A stretch of 62,962 nt of DNA, filler included, from Saprolegnia diclina VS20 (lineage: Eukaryota), in NCBI RefSeq assembly GCF_000281045.1. It is 5 parts of 5 records of this genome, joined end to end, with 100 filler letters (N's around TTAATTAATTAA, not from the genome) between each part and the next. Parts side by side here need not be neighbours in the genome. Positions count along the whole stretch, not along the records: positions 1 to 28,575 come from NW_008246218.1; positions 28,676 to 50,109 come from NW_008246220.1; 3 more parts are not named here. One strand, given 5' to 3'. The position numbers were made by a program, and so were the translations under genes. Below are positions 24,513 through 36,754 of the stretch, one piece after another. The notes beneath the pieces were generated by a model. That model searched no databases and was not told where the DNA came from. It was given only the letters and a program-made list of their open reading frames with translations. The number at the start of each line of letters is the position of its first letter. The stretch's first letter is position 1.

Positions 24513-26090
24513 TTACGACTTTGCACTTGGCTTGGCCATGCTGAGGCCGAGGCTTGTGGCGTCGGCAGGCCCTTGAACGATGACGCGGCGGGGACTTGCT
24601 TGCGGCGGTGGCCCCTCGATGCCATCTATCGGAGCTCATTGAAAAGGCAAGGAGAGGGCGCGTACCACCGGCGGGGAGGATGAAGGTTGCGTCATGAAAC
24701 TTGCGGCAGCGAAAGAGGGTGGCTATCGCAATGCAAAAGCCCAAGTACAAAAGCTGTAGCGCGGCAGCAATGAGACCCTTCATCGTCAGCGGCAAAAAGA
24801 GCGACAAGCCCAAGTCGACAGCGCACACGATTGCGCAGTAGCCCAAAACAGCGATGCGCAGTGCGAGAAAGAGCCGCAGCTTGATGTAGACGGGTGTCGT
24901 CTGCGGGTTGACAAAGAACCCGCTTATGAGCACGAGCTGGACGTTGAGCGTGCGCAGGGTGACCCGCACGTCGTGGAGGATCCTATTGATGATGGAGGGG
25001 GGAGATCTTTCGTGGTAGATGGTGCTGCCGTACATGTAGAAGAAGCACATCCAGAGGAAGACCCAGCTGACGCCATCAAAGAGGGAGACGTGGGTGTGGA
25101 GCGAGAGAAGCGTGAACGAGATGCCGAACGAGAGGCCGAGCGTCGCGATCTGCGCATACTGCAGCGGGCGCAAGTCGTTGCGCGTGATCTTGGCACCATG
25201 CGAGAGCAAGATCAGCTCGTTGGCGGCGACGGCAAGCGAGAGGGCACGGGCGCCTAGGGTCAGAAAGGCCAAGCGGGAGTCGCTCGACGATACGTCGTTC
25301 CACGCGGTGAGTGCCATGTACACCATCTACAGAGTTGCGACTACCAAAACACTGAAAATACAAGCACCTCGGCGATTGGCACCAGCAGCATGCGACGCTG
25401 GAGGCTCACGTGCGTCGCGGGATGCAGCAGAATGTGCGTCGACCACACGAGGACGACAAGCGCCCAGAGCAGCGCAAAGGCACCATGCAGCCATACCATG
25501 GGCAAAAACCTGCCGTCTACAAGGCAAATGTAGTTGCCAGGGCAGTACAGCCATGTGTAGCTGCCGCGCACGGCGATGCGCTGCGCTCCAAACTCGCAAA
25601 AGTCCAAGAGCAGCACGTAGCTCATCTCCGAGGCGTACGGCGCCGCGCCTTTTGGGTCCGCTGTTGCCGCGACGTCAAGAACTGCGTGATAAAGTCCCCG
25701 AGTGCTGACGGCAGCGTCGAGCGTGTACGCGTCGCAGTCGGTGGTGAGCGGAACCGAGCCGTTGCAGACCCCGCTATCGAGCACAAGAAGGTTCGATGCG
25801 TTGTACGATGGCAGACTGCGAAAGATAGAGCTGCCGCAGACGCGCACGTGCATCGACGCGTTGTTTCGTGGCGGCGCGTCCAGAAACACCTCAATGTGCA
25901 GTGCGTAGGCGTCCACGTCGAGCGATTGGGACGAGGTAAAGACGCGCAGCTGCAGCGCACTGGTCGTGGCAACAGCGAACGAGGCGTTCACAGGTCGCTG
26001 GCTGTGCACCGAGACCGCAGCTGCGAAGAGCACGCCCACGAGTCGACTCATACCTCGCATTGCGGTGTGCTTACCAGTAGAAAGGCCCAT
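24513..26090 (-). CDS. GOST-like multi-pass membrane protein, paralog 2
   Basis: Signal peptide, LQRRMLLVP, LLSHGAKITR, TPVYIKLRLF and FRCR. The spliced tail VIVQGPADATSLG matches paralog 1; TAA at 24513-24515. Confidence 0.7.
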
Positions 26091-26199
26091 CTCATACGCT
26101 ATATTTTTAGAGCAGCACTTTAATGAGGTTAGGGTTATGCTGTACTAGTACATTTCGCTTCTGTCGTTGTGGGAAGTCATGCCTGTATAGCAGGTATTC

Positions 26200-27696
26200 T
26201 CAGTTGGAGTCGTGAATTGGGTGGATGGAGGTGCCGAGACTCGTAGTGTTCGTGGGTCCTCGGATGACAATCGCCTTGGTGGCATTCGCAGCTACAAACC
26301 AAACTCGTGTCACACGATATAGCCCACTCGATGCATATCGTACGTAGGGCGGGGGCAACCGCAATGGTCGACGGGGGCAGCGAGGTAAAGATGGCCGTCG
26401 TGGCAGGTCGGCAGCGCAAGATGAATCCGAGACGCACCCAGAGCCCGAGAAACAACACCTCCAAGGCGACCGGCGCGAGGTTCGTTAGCATCAGCGGAAG
26501 CTGGCTGAGCCCAATGCACACGGCAACTACAACCAGCGGGTAGTAACAGAGGCTCCACCCAACGCGCACAAAAAGCCGCAGCTTTCGGTGCGCGGGTGTG
26601 ACCTCAACGTTGGTGAACGACGTGGCTACGGCCGCGACTTGTCTGCTCATGATTTCGATGTTGACAAGCAGGTCCTTTGCGAGCCTATTATTGCACGCGA
26701 TGAGCAGCGCAGCCATGCGATACGGACACACAAGAAGACAAAACCGAGCCACAACACGACCCAGATAAAGTCGAGGACAAGTCGCATCGCCCCTGGAATC
26801 GTGGTCGAGAGCAAGCTCATNNNNNNNNNNNNNNNNNNNNNNNNNNNNNNNNNNNNNNNNNNNNNNNNNNNNNNNNNNNNNNNNNNNNNNNNNNNNNNNN
26901 NNNNNNNNNNNNNNNNNNNNNNNNNNNNNNNNNNNNNNNNNNNNNNNNNNNNNNNNNNNNNNNNNNNNNNNNNNNNNNNNNNNNNNNNNNNNNNNNNNNN
27001 NNNNNNNNNNNNNNNNNNNNNNNNNNNNNNNNNNNNNNNNNNNNNNNNNNNNNNNNNNNNNNNNNNNNNNNNNNNNNNNNNNNNNNNNNNNNNNNNNNNN
27101 NNNNNNNNNNNNNNNNNNNNNNNNNNNNNNNNNNNNNNNNNNNNNNNNNNNNNNNNNNNNNNNNNNNNNNNNNNNNNNNNNNNNNNNNNNNNNNNNNNNN
27201 NNNNNNNNNNNNNNNNNNNNNNNNNNNNNNNNNNNNNNNNNNNNNNNNNNNNNNNNNNNNNNNNNNNNNNNNNNNNNNNNNNNNNNNNNNNNNNNNNNNN
27301 NNNNNNNNNNNNNNNNNNNNNNNNNNNNNNNNNNNNNNNNNNNNNNNNNNNNNNNNNNNNNNNNNNNNNNNNNNNNNNNNNNNNNNNNNNNNNNNNNNNN
27401 NNNNNNNNNNNNNNNNNNNNNNNNNNNNNNNNNNNNNNNNNNNNNNNNNNNNNNNNNNNNNNNNNNNNNNNNNNNNNNNNNNNNNNNNNNNNNNNNNNNN
27501 NNNNNNNNNNNNNNNNNNNNNNNNNNNNNNNNNNNNNNNNNNNNNNNNNNNNNNNNNNNNNNNNNNNNNNNNNNNNNNNNNNNNNAAGCGGGACCAGCGA
27601 TGCGTTAAAGACACGGAATGCGTCGTGAATGCGAGCGCTGTCGGCAGCCCAGAGGCAGCTGGCGACGACAAGGACATGCTGCGACCACCGCCGCAT
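26200..27696 (-). CDS. GOST-like membrane protein, paralog 3 (middle lies in assembly gap)
   Basis: Signal peptide MRRWSQHVLVVASCLWAADS before the gap; TPAHRKLRLF, LRCR and VIRGPTNTTSLG after it. Confidence 0.6.
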
Positions 27697-27823
27697 CGCC
27701 TTGCTATATATATAGTTGACGCAACGTGTCGTTGATTTTAACGAAACCGCGCTACTTCTATCGAATTATCATTCGCTTTCACAGAGAATCGACCACCAGA
27801 GGACGACACAGAGCAGCGCAAAC

Positions 27824-28575
27824 TCACTTTTCGCTTGCGTCGTCATGGACACTCAAGCCCGCATCTTGGGGGGTGTTGCCAATGGTGCGAATGGAGGTGC
27901 CGAGACTCATGGTGTTCGTGGGTCCTCGAATGAGAGTTATCGCTGCATCGGATGCTAAAGGTCAAAGAACACATTCACACGATATGGCGCTCAATACATA
28001 TCGTACGTGGGACGGGGGCAACCGCGATGACCGATGGGGGCTGCAGGGCAAAGATGACCGGCCTGACGGGTCGACAGCGCAAGATGAATCCGAGACGCAC
28101 CCAGAGTCCGAGAAACAACACCTCCAAGGCGACCGGCGCGAGGTTTGTTAGCATCAGCGGGAGCTGGCTGAGCCCAATGCACACGGTGAATACAATCAGC
28201 GGGTAGTAACAGAGGCACGACTCAAGGTCCTTAAAGAGCCGCAGCTTTCGGTGCGCGGGTGTGATCTCGACGTTGGTAAACGACGTGGCCACGGCCGCCA
28301 CTTGTTGGCCCAGCACCTTCATGTTGAAGGCCATGCTCTTGGCAAGCCTATAGTGCACGCGATGAGTTGCGCAGAAACTGGATGAAATGACGCACAAGCA
28401 GTCAAATCCGAGCCACAACACGACCCAGACAAAGTCGGAGGCAAGTCGCATCTCTCCTGGAACGGTCGTCGAGAGCCCCATCATAAGCGCCGCCCACATG
28501 GTCGCGATGACGGCAAACTCGATCTTTTGCTGGCGGCGAAGCGTGTCGCGCGTGATCTGCCAACCGTGCGCGAGG
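27824..28575 (-). CDS. GOST-like membrane protein, paralog 4 (3' part only; truncated by scaffold spacer)
   Basis: LAHGWQITR, TPAHRKLRLF, LRCR and LIRGPTNTMSLG; near-identical to paralog 3 over about 28070-28300. Confidence 0.65.
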
Positions 28576-28675
28576 NNNNNNNNNNNNNNNNNNNNNNNNN
28601 NNNNNNNNNNNNNNNNNNNTTAATTAATTAANNNNNNNNNNNNNNNNNNNNNNNNNNNNNNNNNNNNNNNNNNNN
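28576..28675. other. Artificial contig spacer N44-TTAATTAATTAA-N44
   Basis: The same 100-nt spacer, with stops in all six frames, recurs at 50110-50209, 59406-59505 and 61309-61408. Confidence 0.95.
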
Positions 28676-30378
28676 TACCCAGCTTCGTCTTCTATGGTCG
28701 CGATACCGTCCGAGCTTGGGATACCCACGTGTCTTGGTAAGTACTACGGTACATCGCGTCTCAGTCCCCCTCGCAGATCTGGTTTGTGAGTTTGCTATGA
28801 TCGACGTCTCGTATTTGGCTGACGATGCACTACGGACAAAACAAACTTGGTAGCAATAAGCGATCAGAGAACTGAGTGTTACTGGGAGGGCTCCCGTTGG
28901 TGCGGGCGGTGAGTGCGGCATCGAGACCAATGGTGATCAACGAAGAAGATGGAGAGAGCCGGTGGACGGTGTGGCTGCAGCCTCAACGTTTGCAGCGACC
29001 ACGTCAACGGTGCATTCACATGTTTTCACCATCAAAACTTGAAGCTTACAGACACGTGATCAACACTCTTAAACTCTGAAGTTCTCAGATGCAAGTACAT
29101 TGTACAGGCGACTTGTCGACCAATGTGAGATGTGATGGGTCTCGCTCGTCCTCCGCGAAGTCGACCGATTCTGATGCCAAGCTGTTTTTTAACGCCCTCT
29201 CCACTCCATCTTGTTGACACGAGGTGCCCTTGGCTTCGCAAATACTCGGTGGCTGCTCTGCACCGCGCAATCCGAGATGCGAAGATACAGATTCACTTCA
29301 AGGATCCAATGCTAGTGTACCGTAGCACGTACTCCGTAGCACCCCAAAATGGTTTTCTACGGACCCAGAACAGCGACGATGTCTCTGCTCTGGGAACAGC
29401 AACGAACCCGCGAGGACTTGCGTGGTGCACACTNNNNNNNNNNNNNNNNNNNNNNNNNNNNNNNNNNNNNNNNNNNNNNNNNNNNNNNNNNNNNNNNNNN
29501 NNNNNNNNNNNNNNNNNNNNNNNNNNNNNNNNNNNNNNNNNNNNNNNNNNNNNNNNNNNNNNNNNNNNNNNNNNNNNNNNNNNNNNNNNNNNNNNNNNNN
29601 NNNNNNNNNNNNNNNNNNNNNNNNNNNNNNNNNNNNNNNNNNNNNNNNNNNNNNNNNNNNNNNNNNNNNNNNNNNNNNNNNNNNNNNNNNNNNNNNNNNN
29701 NNNNNNNNNNNNNNNNNNNNNNNNNNNNNNNNNNNNNNNNNNNNNNNNNNNNNNNNNNNNNNNNNNNNNNNNNNNNNNNNNNNNNNNNNNNNNNNNNNNN
29801 NNNNNNNNNNNNNNNNNNNNNNNNNNNNNNNNNNNNNNNNNNNNNNNNNNNNNNNNNNNNNNNNNNNNNNNNNNNNNNNNNNNNNNNNNNNNNNNNNNNN
29901 NNNNNNNNNNNNNNNNNNNNNNNNNNNNNNNNNNNNNNNNNNNNNNNNNNNNNNNNNNNNNNNNNNNNNNNNNNNNNNNNNNNNNNNNNNNNNNNNNNNN
30001 NNNNNNNNNNNNNNNNNNNNNNNNNNNNNNNNNNNNNNNNNNNNNNNNNNNNNNNNNNNNNNNNNNNNNNNNNNNNNNNNNNNNNNNNNNNNNNNNNNNN
30101 NNNNNNNNNNNNNNNNNNNNNNNNNNNNNNNNNNNNNNNNNNNNNNNNNNNNNNNNNNNNNNNNNNNNNNNNNNNNNNNNNNNNNNNNNNNNNNNNNNNN
30201 NNNNNNNNNNNNNNNNNNNNNNNNNNNNNNNNNNNNNNNNNNNNNNNNNNNNNNNNNNNNNNNNNNNNNNNNNNNNNNNNNNNNNNNNNNNNNNNNNNNN
30301 NNNNNNNNNNNNNNNNNNNNNNNNNNNNNNNNNNNNNNNNNNNNNNNNNNNNNNNNNNNNNNNNNNNNNNNNNNNNNN

Positions 30379-31434
30379 TACTCGAACGTGCGGCTGCTCG
30401 AAAGCCTCTGCGACCTCGATATTGGCGGCGACGACTGGATCCTCGCGGCGCGCCTCGGCAACGTCGGGGTTTTAGCTTACTTTATCGAGCACAAGCAGCC
30501 GACGTACCTGCCGTTGGCCATGGCGCACGCTCTGCGCACCGGCCAAGCGTCGGTGGTCGAGTATTTGCATGGCCAAGGCGCCACGATCCCGCCGTTCGCG
30601 GCCAGCGTCGCGTGCAACGGCGGGCACCTACCGCTCGTGAAGCTCCTTCGCCACCTCGACGCCTGGCGCCCAGTGAACCCGAGCCTCGTGGCCAAGCAAG
30701 GGCACCTCGATGTCCTGGCGTACCTCCACGAGGAAGGCTGCGGCGGCTTTACCGCCGAGACCATGGACGAGGCCGCAACTGCGGGGCACCTCGAGGTCGT
30801 CCGGTTCCTGCACACGCACCGAAGGGAGGGATGTACGCCCAAAGCCCTCGCCGGCGCCACAAAGAACAAGCACTGGGACGTGGTGCGCTACCTCAACCGA
30901 CACCGGCCTGAAAGCGTGCGGCTGGTCGCCGACTTTGCCAAGCCCAACAGCTCGGTGCACCATCGAGCGACGCGCGCGGCGAGCAGCCCGCCGACGCGGT
31001 ACGGTTCGCCGCGGGTGGTGGCAGCGACCGACGCCGACGCCGTCGACTTTCGACGCAACAACGGGTTTCCGCTTTGGACAGCCCACGTGCTCTTGACGGC
31101 GATACGCCAAGACCGACTCGACATCGTGGCCTACGCCAACGAGCACAAGCTGGGCGTCTTCTCGACGGCGGCCATGGACAACGCCGGTCGGTTCGGCTGC
31201 CTCGAGATCTTCCGGTACCTGCACCAGCACCAGTGCGAGGGCTGCACAAAGGCGGCGTGGACCGGCGCTGTCGCCAACGGCCACCTCGGCATTGTGCGGT
31301 ACATGGTCGAGAACGACTTTGCCGTTGTCGACTTGAAGGTCGGTCGGCAGCTTGCGATTGCCAGCGGCCGCACGAGCCTCACGTCGTACATCAAGTCGGT
31401 GGGCCCAGCGCGATCTTCGTGCGCAGTCCAGTAG
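30379..31434 (+). CDS. Oomycete-type ankyrin-repeat protein (5' end in gap)
   Basis: Repeats such as TMDEAATAGHLEVVRFLHTHRREGCT and AMDNAGRFGCLEIFRYLHQHQCEGCT. Confidence 0.85.
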   Translation, partial: YSNVRLLESLCDLDIGGDDWILAARLGNVGVLAYFIEHKQPTYLPLAMAHALRTGQASVVEYLHGQGATIPPFAASVACNGGHLPLVKLLRHLDAWRPVNPSLVAKQGHLDVLAYLHEEGCGGFTAETMDEAATAGHLEVVRFLHTHRREGCTPKALAGATKNKHWDVVRYLNRHRPESVRLVADFAKPNSSVHHRATRAASSPPTRYGSPRVVAATDADAVDFRRNNGFPLWTAHVLLTAIRQDRLDIVAYANEHKLGVFSTAAMDNAGRFGCLEIFRYLHQHQCEGCTKAAWTGAVANGHLGIVRYMVENDFAVVDLKVGRQLAIASGRTSLTSYIKSVGPARSSCAVQ

Positions 31435-31541
31435 GTCGCTATTTAATGTGTGTACAATTGTTGACGTCTGTACATTTTGAAGACAGGTTGTCATCGGATA
31501 ATTCATAAGTGTAGCTTATATATAGGCGCTCGTGAGCAATG

Positions 31542-32069
31542 CTAGCCGTAGCAGCGAATGCGGTCCGTAGAGCCGACGCGGGCGCACTGCCCGCCCTTCT
31601 CGAGGTAGCGCTGGTGGTAGTCTTCGGCATGGTAGAACGTACCCGCGGGTTCGATCTCGGTCACAATCTCAGAGGGAAACTTGTCGGCTTCGTCGCGCTT
31701 GACGGCCTCGGCGATCTCGCGCTGCTCGTCGCTGTGGTAGTAGATACCGGAGCGGTACTGCGTGCCGACGTCGTTTTTCTGGCGGTTGCGCGTCGTCGGG
31801 TTGTGGATCGCAAAGAAGTTCTCAACGAGCTGCTTGAACGAGATCTTGTTTTCGTCAAACTTGATCTGGACGGCCTCGGCGTGGCCCGAATCGCCCGCGC
31901 ACACTTGGCGGTACGTCGGGTTGACGATCTTGCCGTTGATGTAGCCGACGTGCGAGTCGAGGACGCCGTCGAGGCGCTGGAAATGGAGCTGGACGCTCCA
32001 GAAGCAGCCGGCAGCGAACGTCGCGAGCTGCTCGTGCGGCTCGAGCGCGACTTCAATGGTCTTGGTCAT
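31542..32069 (-). CDS. msrA: Peptide methionine sulfoxide reductase A
   Basis: FAAGCFWS, NPTYRQVC, GHAEAV, GTQYRSGI, AEDYHQRY and C-terminal IRCYG. Confidence 0.95.
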   Translation of the reverse strand: MTKTIEVALEPHEQLATFAAGCFWSVQLHFQRLDGVLDSHVGYINGKIVNPTYRQVCAGDSGHAEAVQIKFDENKISFKQLVENFFAIHNPTTRNRQKNDVGTQYRSGIYYHSDEQREIAEAVKRDEADKFPSEIVTEIEPAGTFYHAEDYHQRYLEKGGQCARVGSTDRIRCYG

Positions 32070-33735
32070 GGTCTTGGGAGGTTGTTGAAAGTTGAAAAAT
32101 GAGAGCCATGGCGACGCACGCCCTGTGATTGGTTGGATCGCTACACTTGTTGTTTGTATGCCCATAGTTTTGCCATTTTTGTTCCATGGGAGAGGACGAG
32201 TTCCGAAGACGTCCTCGGTGCGTTTTCGTCGACCTTTCAAGTCTCTGTGCCCGAAGAAGGACGGAACGGGGCATTTGCGAGTCTCCTCTGCACCGAGAAA
32301 GGAGTGGTCGCGAGATCTTACAGGCCCGCGATGGCTACAGTCGTCGCGTGTATGAAGTCACGGCTAACTGGAACATTTGGGCACCTGGAGCGTGCATATT
32401 CATAGCTTTACTCGACATTATACACACGTTTCGAAGGGATCTATCACGCGTAGTAGATCAAGTGCAATAGTTTTTGGAGTGTCAACCGCCTATTTAAGGA
32501 GGAATGTTCGGCTGGCACAGCAGAAATGTGAAATTAGTGTGGCGCGGCTGCAGGTGCTAGACGCGTGGCTCATCGCACCGCACCGCGCTATGTTGACGCA
32601 AATGAAGCCGTAATGCACGTGCAAGTTGTCATTACAAGATATCTAGTCACACGTACGCGCGACAGCTCGCTGTGAGTGCACTTGGTCTTGCTTGCTGCTG
32701 CCCGTGTCGATGATAGACTAAAAACACCGCAACTAGTATATATTACAGTATTTCAAAGAGGCAGCTAGAATTGTGAAATAGTGTACAATGCACCGCGAAA
32801 CCATGATCGAGTGCTCGCGGACCCACAGACTCACCGACGCTGGCTCCTACCTCTCGCCAGACGCGTGATGTCAGGGGGAAGTTGGATCTGGTGCCAAACG
32901 AGGCGAACGCAAGCGAATTCGCATCGTTGATTTTCAAAGGGGCGATTTCAACGCCTAGCTACACACATTGCGCGTGCCTAGTTGGAAGGCTTCAATGACC
33001 TCGAGACTACCTTCAACAGTTGGCCGTGGATGCTGACTCGGTGTGTGACCATCGATTGAGGCACCATTGTAGCTCGGGCTCTCTCAGCGCTGCAGAGTTG
33101 TCGAGGCTCGATTTTGGCTGATTAATGCATGTAAATTCGGTTGAAAATACGTTTTTTTCGCGAGACCTGAGGACGTAGTCTCTCTTTATATGTGTTGAAG
33201 AGCATGTTGCATTGGTTGAAGACGGCTGACACACGCGATAAGGCGCCGTTTGTAAAACATACATTATTTGGATGTATACACTATAAGAATTATCTGAGTT
33301 TTTAAATAGTATCACACAAGCGACAGCACGCCGTGGTCCATTTCTCTCGCTACAGAGCTCGGATGGTGCCGCCACGTAGCATTTCGGACGCTCCAAAGTA
33401 AGCTTTATCGCTGTAGCAAGTATGGGCGATTTCATTAAAAACTTGATGTGGCCGATCGCGGGAGCTGGCGCGAGTGCGCGGTGTCCAAATGTGGCTATTA
33501 TTGGCAATATTTGGTGTTCGCCAAGAATAAATTATGGCACATACACTGTAATCAGGTCGCCGACAAACACTGTAACGTGCAGTACACCGGCACTAGCGTT
33601 ACCCGGATGATCCTCCGGGGTATGCATGAATGAAATGCAGTCTTGCAGCCTGCCACGCCGAGCTGCCCCACCGGTTCGAGCTTGTGGAAGGACAAAGTTG
33701 CACAAACACTGAATTACGACATTTACATTAACTCA

Positions 33736-34734
33736 CTACTGAATAACACAGAGGCCCGGCGTCGCCGTCTTGAGCACGCTGAGGACGGCCGTTTGGTTGT
33801 AGCGCAACGCCGCCGCCTTGGCCGCCTTGACGTCGATCTCGCGCAGGTGCCGCCGGACGAGGTAGCGCACAACGTTGACGTGGCCATGCTTGATGGCCGC
33901 CCGGAGCGCGCGGTGCAAGTCGCGCTCGGAGCGCATTTCGTCGAGAAACGTGACGAGTGGGAGGCGGCCGTACTTGGCCGCCCACACGAGGGCTTCGGGC
34001 GAGCACCCTTCACTGCGGTGCTCGTGCAAGAAGCGTACGACGTGCAGATGGCCGTAGAGCGTGGCCGTGTTCATCGTGTCGGGGCCAAAGCCCTCGTAGT
34101 TGTGCTGATGTAGAAACCTTAGAACGTCGAGATGCCCGCCGCGCGCCGCAGCGTTGACACCGCTTGGGTGCCACTCGCCGAGCTGCTGGCTGTGCGCGTA
34201 CTGCAGCACACTAAGACGTCCGCGGGCGACCGCCGTCAAGCGGATCGACGCAGGCATTGGCGCACCAGCCTTGTGCAAAAGCTCAATCATGCCGGCGTGG
34301 CCGTGCAGCGCCGCCGTGTCGGAGACGCTCTCGTCGTAGAAGGCCGCGTAGTGCGTCCAGAGGTACATAGCAATGCTTTGGTGGCCGTAAATGGAGGCGA
34401 GCGCCCAAGCCTTGGCCGAGACGCGCGTGCGCGTCGAGAGGAAATGAAGCAGCGCTACGTGCCCGTGGATAAGCGCGTAGTAGAGGAGGTGGGCGCGGTA
34501 CGCTTGCTTGCGCTGAAGGAGCATTTCGACGCCACGGAAGCCATGCGCGTCAAGCCACGGCGGAAAGGCGTCGTGGAAGGGCGCCATGTCGTCGCGCAGG
34601 AAGGTCGTGAGCTGGTAGTTAGAGAGGTGGATGCGCCGGAGGTGGCGGACCAGCGACAGCGTCTCCGGCGGGAGACCTGGCTGGAACTGCACGATGCATC
34701 GCAGCAAGTCGGGCACGAGCAGCACGTCGGCCAT
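33736..34734 (-). CDS. Oomycete-type ankyrin-repeat protein
   Basis: N-terminal VLLVPDLLRCIVQFQPG, then repeats AARGGHLDVLRFLH and TATLYGHLHVVRFLHEHRSEGCS. Confidence 0.85.
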   Translation of the reverse strand: MADVLLVPDLLRCIVQFQPGLPPETLSLVRHLRRIHLSNYQLTTFLRDDMAPFHDAFPPWLDAHGFRGVEMLLQRKQAYRAHLLYYALIHGHVALLHFLSTRTRVSAKAWALASIYGHQSIAMYLWTHYAAFYDESVSDTAALHGHAGMIELLHKAGAPMPASIRLTAVARGRLSVLQYAHSQQLGEWHPSGVNAAARGGHLDVLRFLHQHNYEGFGPDTMNTATLYGHLHVVRFLHEHRSEGCSPEALVWAAKYGRLPLVTFLDEMRSERDLHRALRAAIKHGHVNVVRYLVRRHLREIDVKAAKAAALRYNQTAVLSVLKTATPGLCVIQ

Positions 34735-35205
34735 GACCAAATGACGCAGAGGATCAGATGCCGACTTGTTGAAGAGCAATGTCGAATTTTTGAAAATGAC
34801 AAGATACGCGAGCGCAGTAACGGCGCGGACGCTGCGAGCGCCTGCTTGGATCCCGTCAAAGACGCCGTGCAGACCACACACTCTGCGCCGCCGCACCACC
34901 GACCACAAATGCGCTGCGTGGACACTCGACCCAGCTGGTCGAAATTTTCGCCAAATTTCCACCAAGCTCAATACGTCACGGTGTGGAGCAAATAGAGCAA
35001 ATAGGTGCCCAGCCTCACGCCGCCGCCGCTACATCGCACGTAGCATTCGGTATACGAGAGCCCTAATGTCTGATGGACGACGCGTCGCGGTCGGGAGCGA
35101 CACAAGGTCGATGCGAGAAACGTGGATAGACAGATCATGGATCCCTCGGCTGTGATAGCATTGGCCGATGACGAGCCAATCAGCGTCAAGTGTACTTTCC
35201 CGCAT

Positions 35206-36689
35206 ATGAGTCGACTGCGGCGCGTCGGCGCAGGCGTTGTGGCCCTCGCGCTACTCGGTCTCGTCACCAACTACTATCTTGTCTCGCAGCACTTGGCCTT
35301 GCCGGACGGGCGCCATGCGTCGGCGCAGTCGATCGCCTTTGACGCGCTCTTCGACCTCTCGACGCCGTACGCGCCTGCGTTTCCCGCCGCCCGCCGTGGC
35401 ATTGCGCTCTGCTTGCACACCGAGATCGCCGCTATGGGCGTGTCGCTGATCCGGGAGCTGCGGTCGCTCGGCAACACGGACCCGATTCAAGTGTACTACT
35501 GCCTCCCCGCCGAGTTGGCGCCGCCCGTGTGGACGTTGTTGGCCGAGGACCCGCTCGTCGAGATCATCGACCTGTGCTCCCTTTTGGTCGACGCGGGGCA
35601 TTTTCAAAACGTCGAGGCCGCGCGAGCCTTCCAGAGCTTCTGGCTCAAGCCTCTCGCGCTTCTCTTCTCGTCGTTTGACCAAGTGATGCTCTTGGACGCC
35701 GACGACATTTTCTTTGAGAATCCATCGACGCTGTGGGCGTCACCGAGCTACACTGAGACGGGCACGCTCTTCTTCTACGACCGCGTCATCAACACGGCGG
35801 CGTTCTCCAACAGCGTCGTCAACGCGACGCTCGAGAACGGAACGGTCATCCAAAGCCGCTACATCACCGAGTTCATCAAGACATTCCCGCTGTCGCGCTT
35901 TGGCCGTCCGCCCGTGCACACACCGTCGGCGCACTTTCTTGCGTCAATGCTATGGCGCGGGCACTCAGCCCACGAGCAAGACTCGTCCGTCGTGCTCGTC
36001 GACAAGGTCCGCGCGGGGCCGACCGTGCTCAAGGTCTTGCATCACCTCATTAGCGACTCGCGCTTCCTTGACCCTCCATTTTCGTGGTATACTCCAGGTT
36101 GGAAGCTGTATATTTACATTTTTGTAGGGGAGACAAAGAGTCGTTCTGGCTGGCGTTCGAGCTGGGTGGGAAGGACTACCGATTTTCGCCGTGGGCGTGC
36201 AGCGTCGTGAGCCGGCCCTTTGATCGGCTCGTCGATCCCAACTCCCTCTGCGGCAGCCTCGCCCAGTACGCGCCCCTCGAAACGTCGAACGCAACGTTGC
36301 TTTACATTAACGGCCAAGAGATCATCCAGCCCTTCGACTCGAGGGGGTATGGCCGCCCGTCCTGGCCGGACCGCTTGACGACGCTCTTGACAGCGATGCC
36401 CCGCCACGTCACACCACGGCACCGACGAGGCCCGGTCGTCGTCGACCGCGGGTCCCTGGACGAGTCGTGTCTGGTCGCAAAGGGTGCCGAGCAGCTGCAT
36501 CATGACGCGCAGCTCCGTCAGCGAATTGTATGGACGATCGAGGCGGCCCAAGCTCTGGACATTGCTTTTCGTAGCGGTCCCGCGCTGCAAAAAGGGTTCA
36601 AGCTCCAGAGTAGCGTTGTCGCCGGCGCCTTTGTTGGCGTGCTGCTCGGGTTGCTGTGTGTGTTCCACGTCATGTCTTCGGATCGATGA
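35206..36689 (+). CDS. GT71-family (MNN1-like) alpha-mannosyltransferase, paralog A
   Basis: N-terminal TM anchor, DxD motif LLDADDIFF, TGTLFFYDR, HEQDSSVV and GDKESFWLA. Intron 36087-36127. Confidence 0.88.
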
Positions 36690-36754
36690 CACATTCTCCA
36701 TTCAAGCAAAATTTATACACGTTTGGGACTTGAATTTAGCATGTATTATAGTAC

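Noticed and set aside
28620..28631. TTAATTAATTAA 12-mer recurring four times (also 50154, 59450, 61353)
   Set aside because: Always centred in exactly 44+44 Ns, so it is an artificial six-frame-stop contig linker and not biological.
26588..30475. Long ORFs running through N tracts
   Set aside because: Their length comes from translating the gaps.
32740..33580. AT-richer intergenic tract with TA-CAGT...ACTG-TA ends (Tc1/mariner-like?)
   Set aside because: Similarity does not extend beyond a few bases, so no TIR can be supported.
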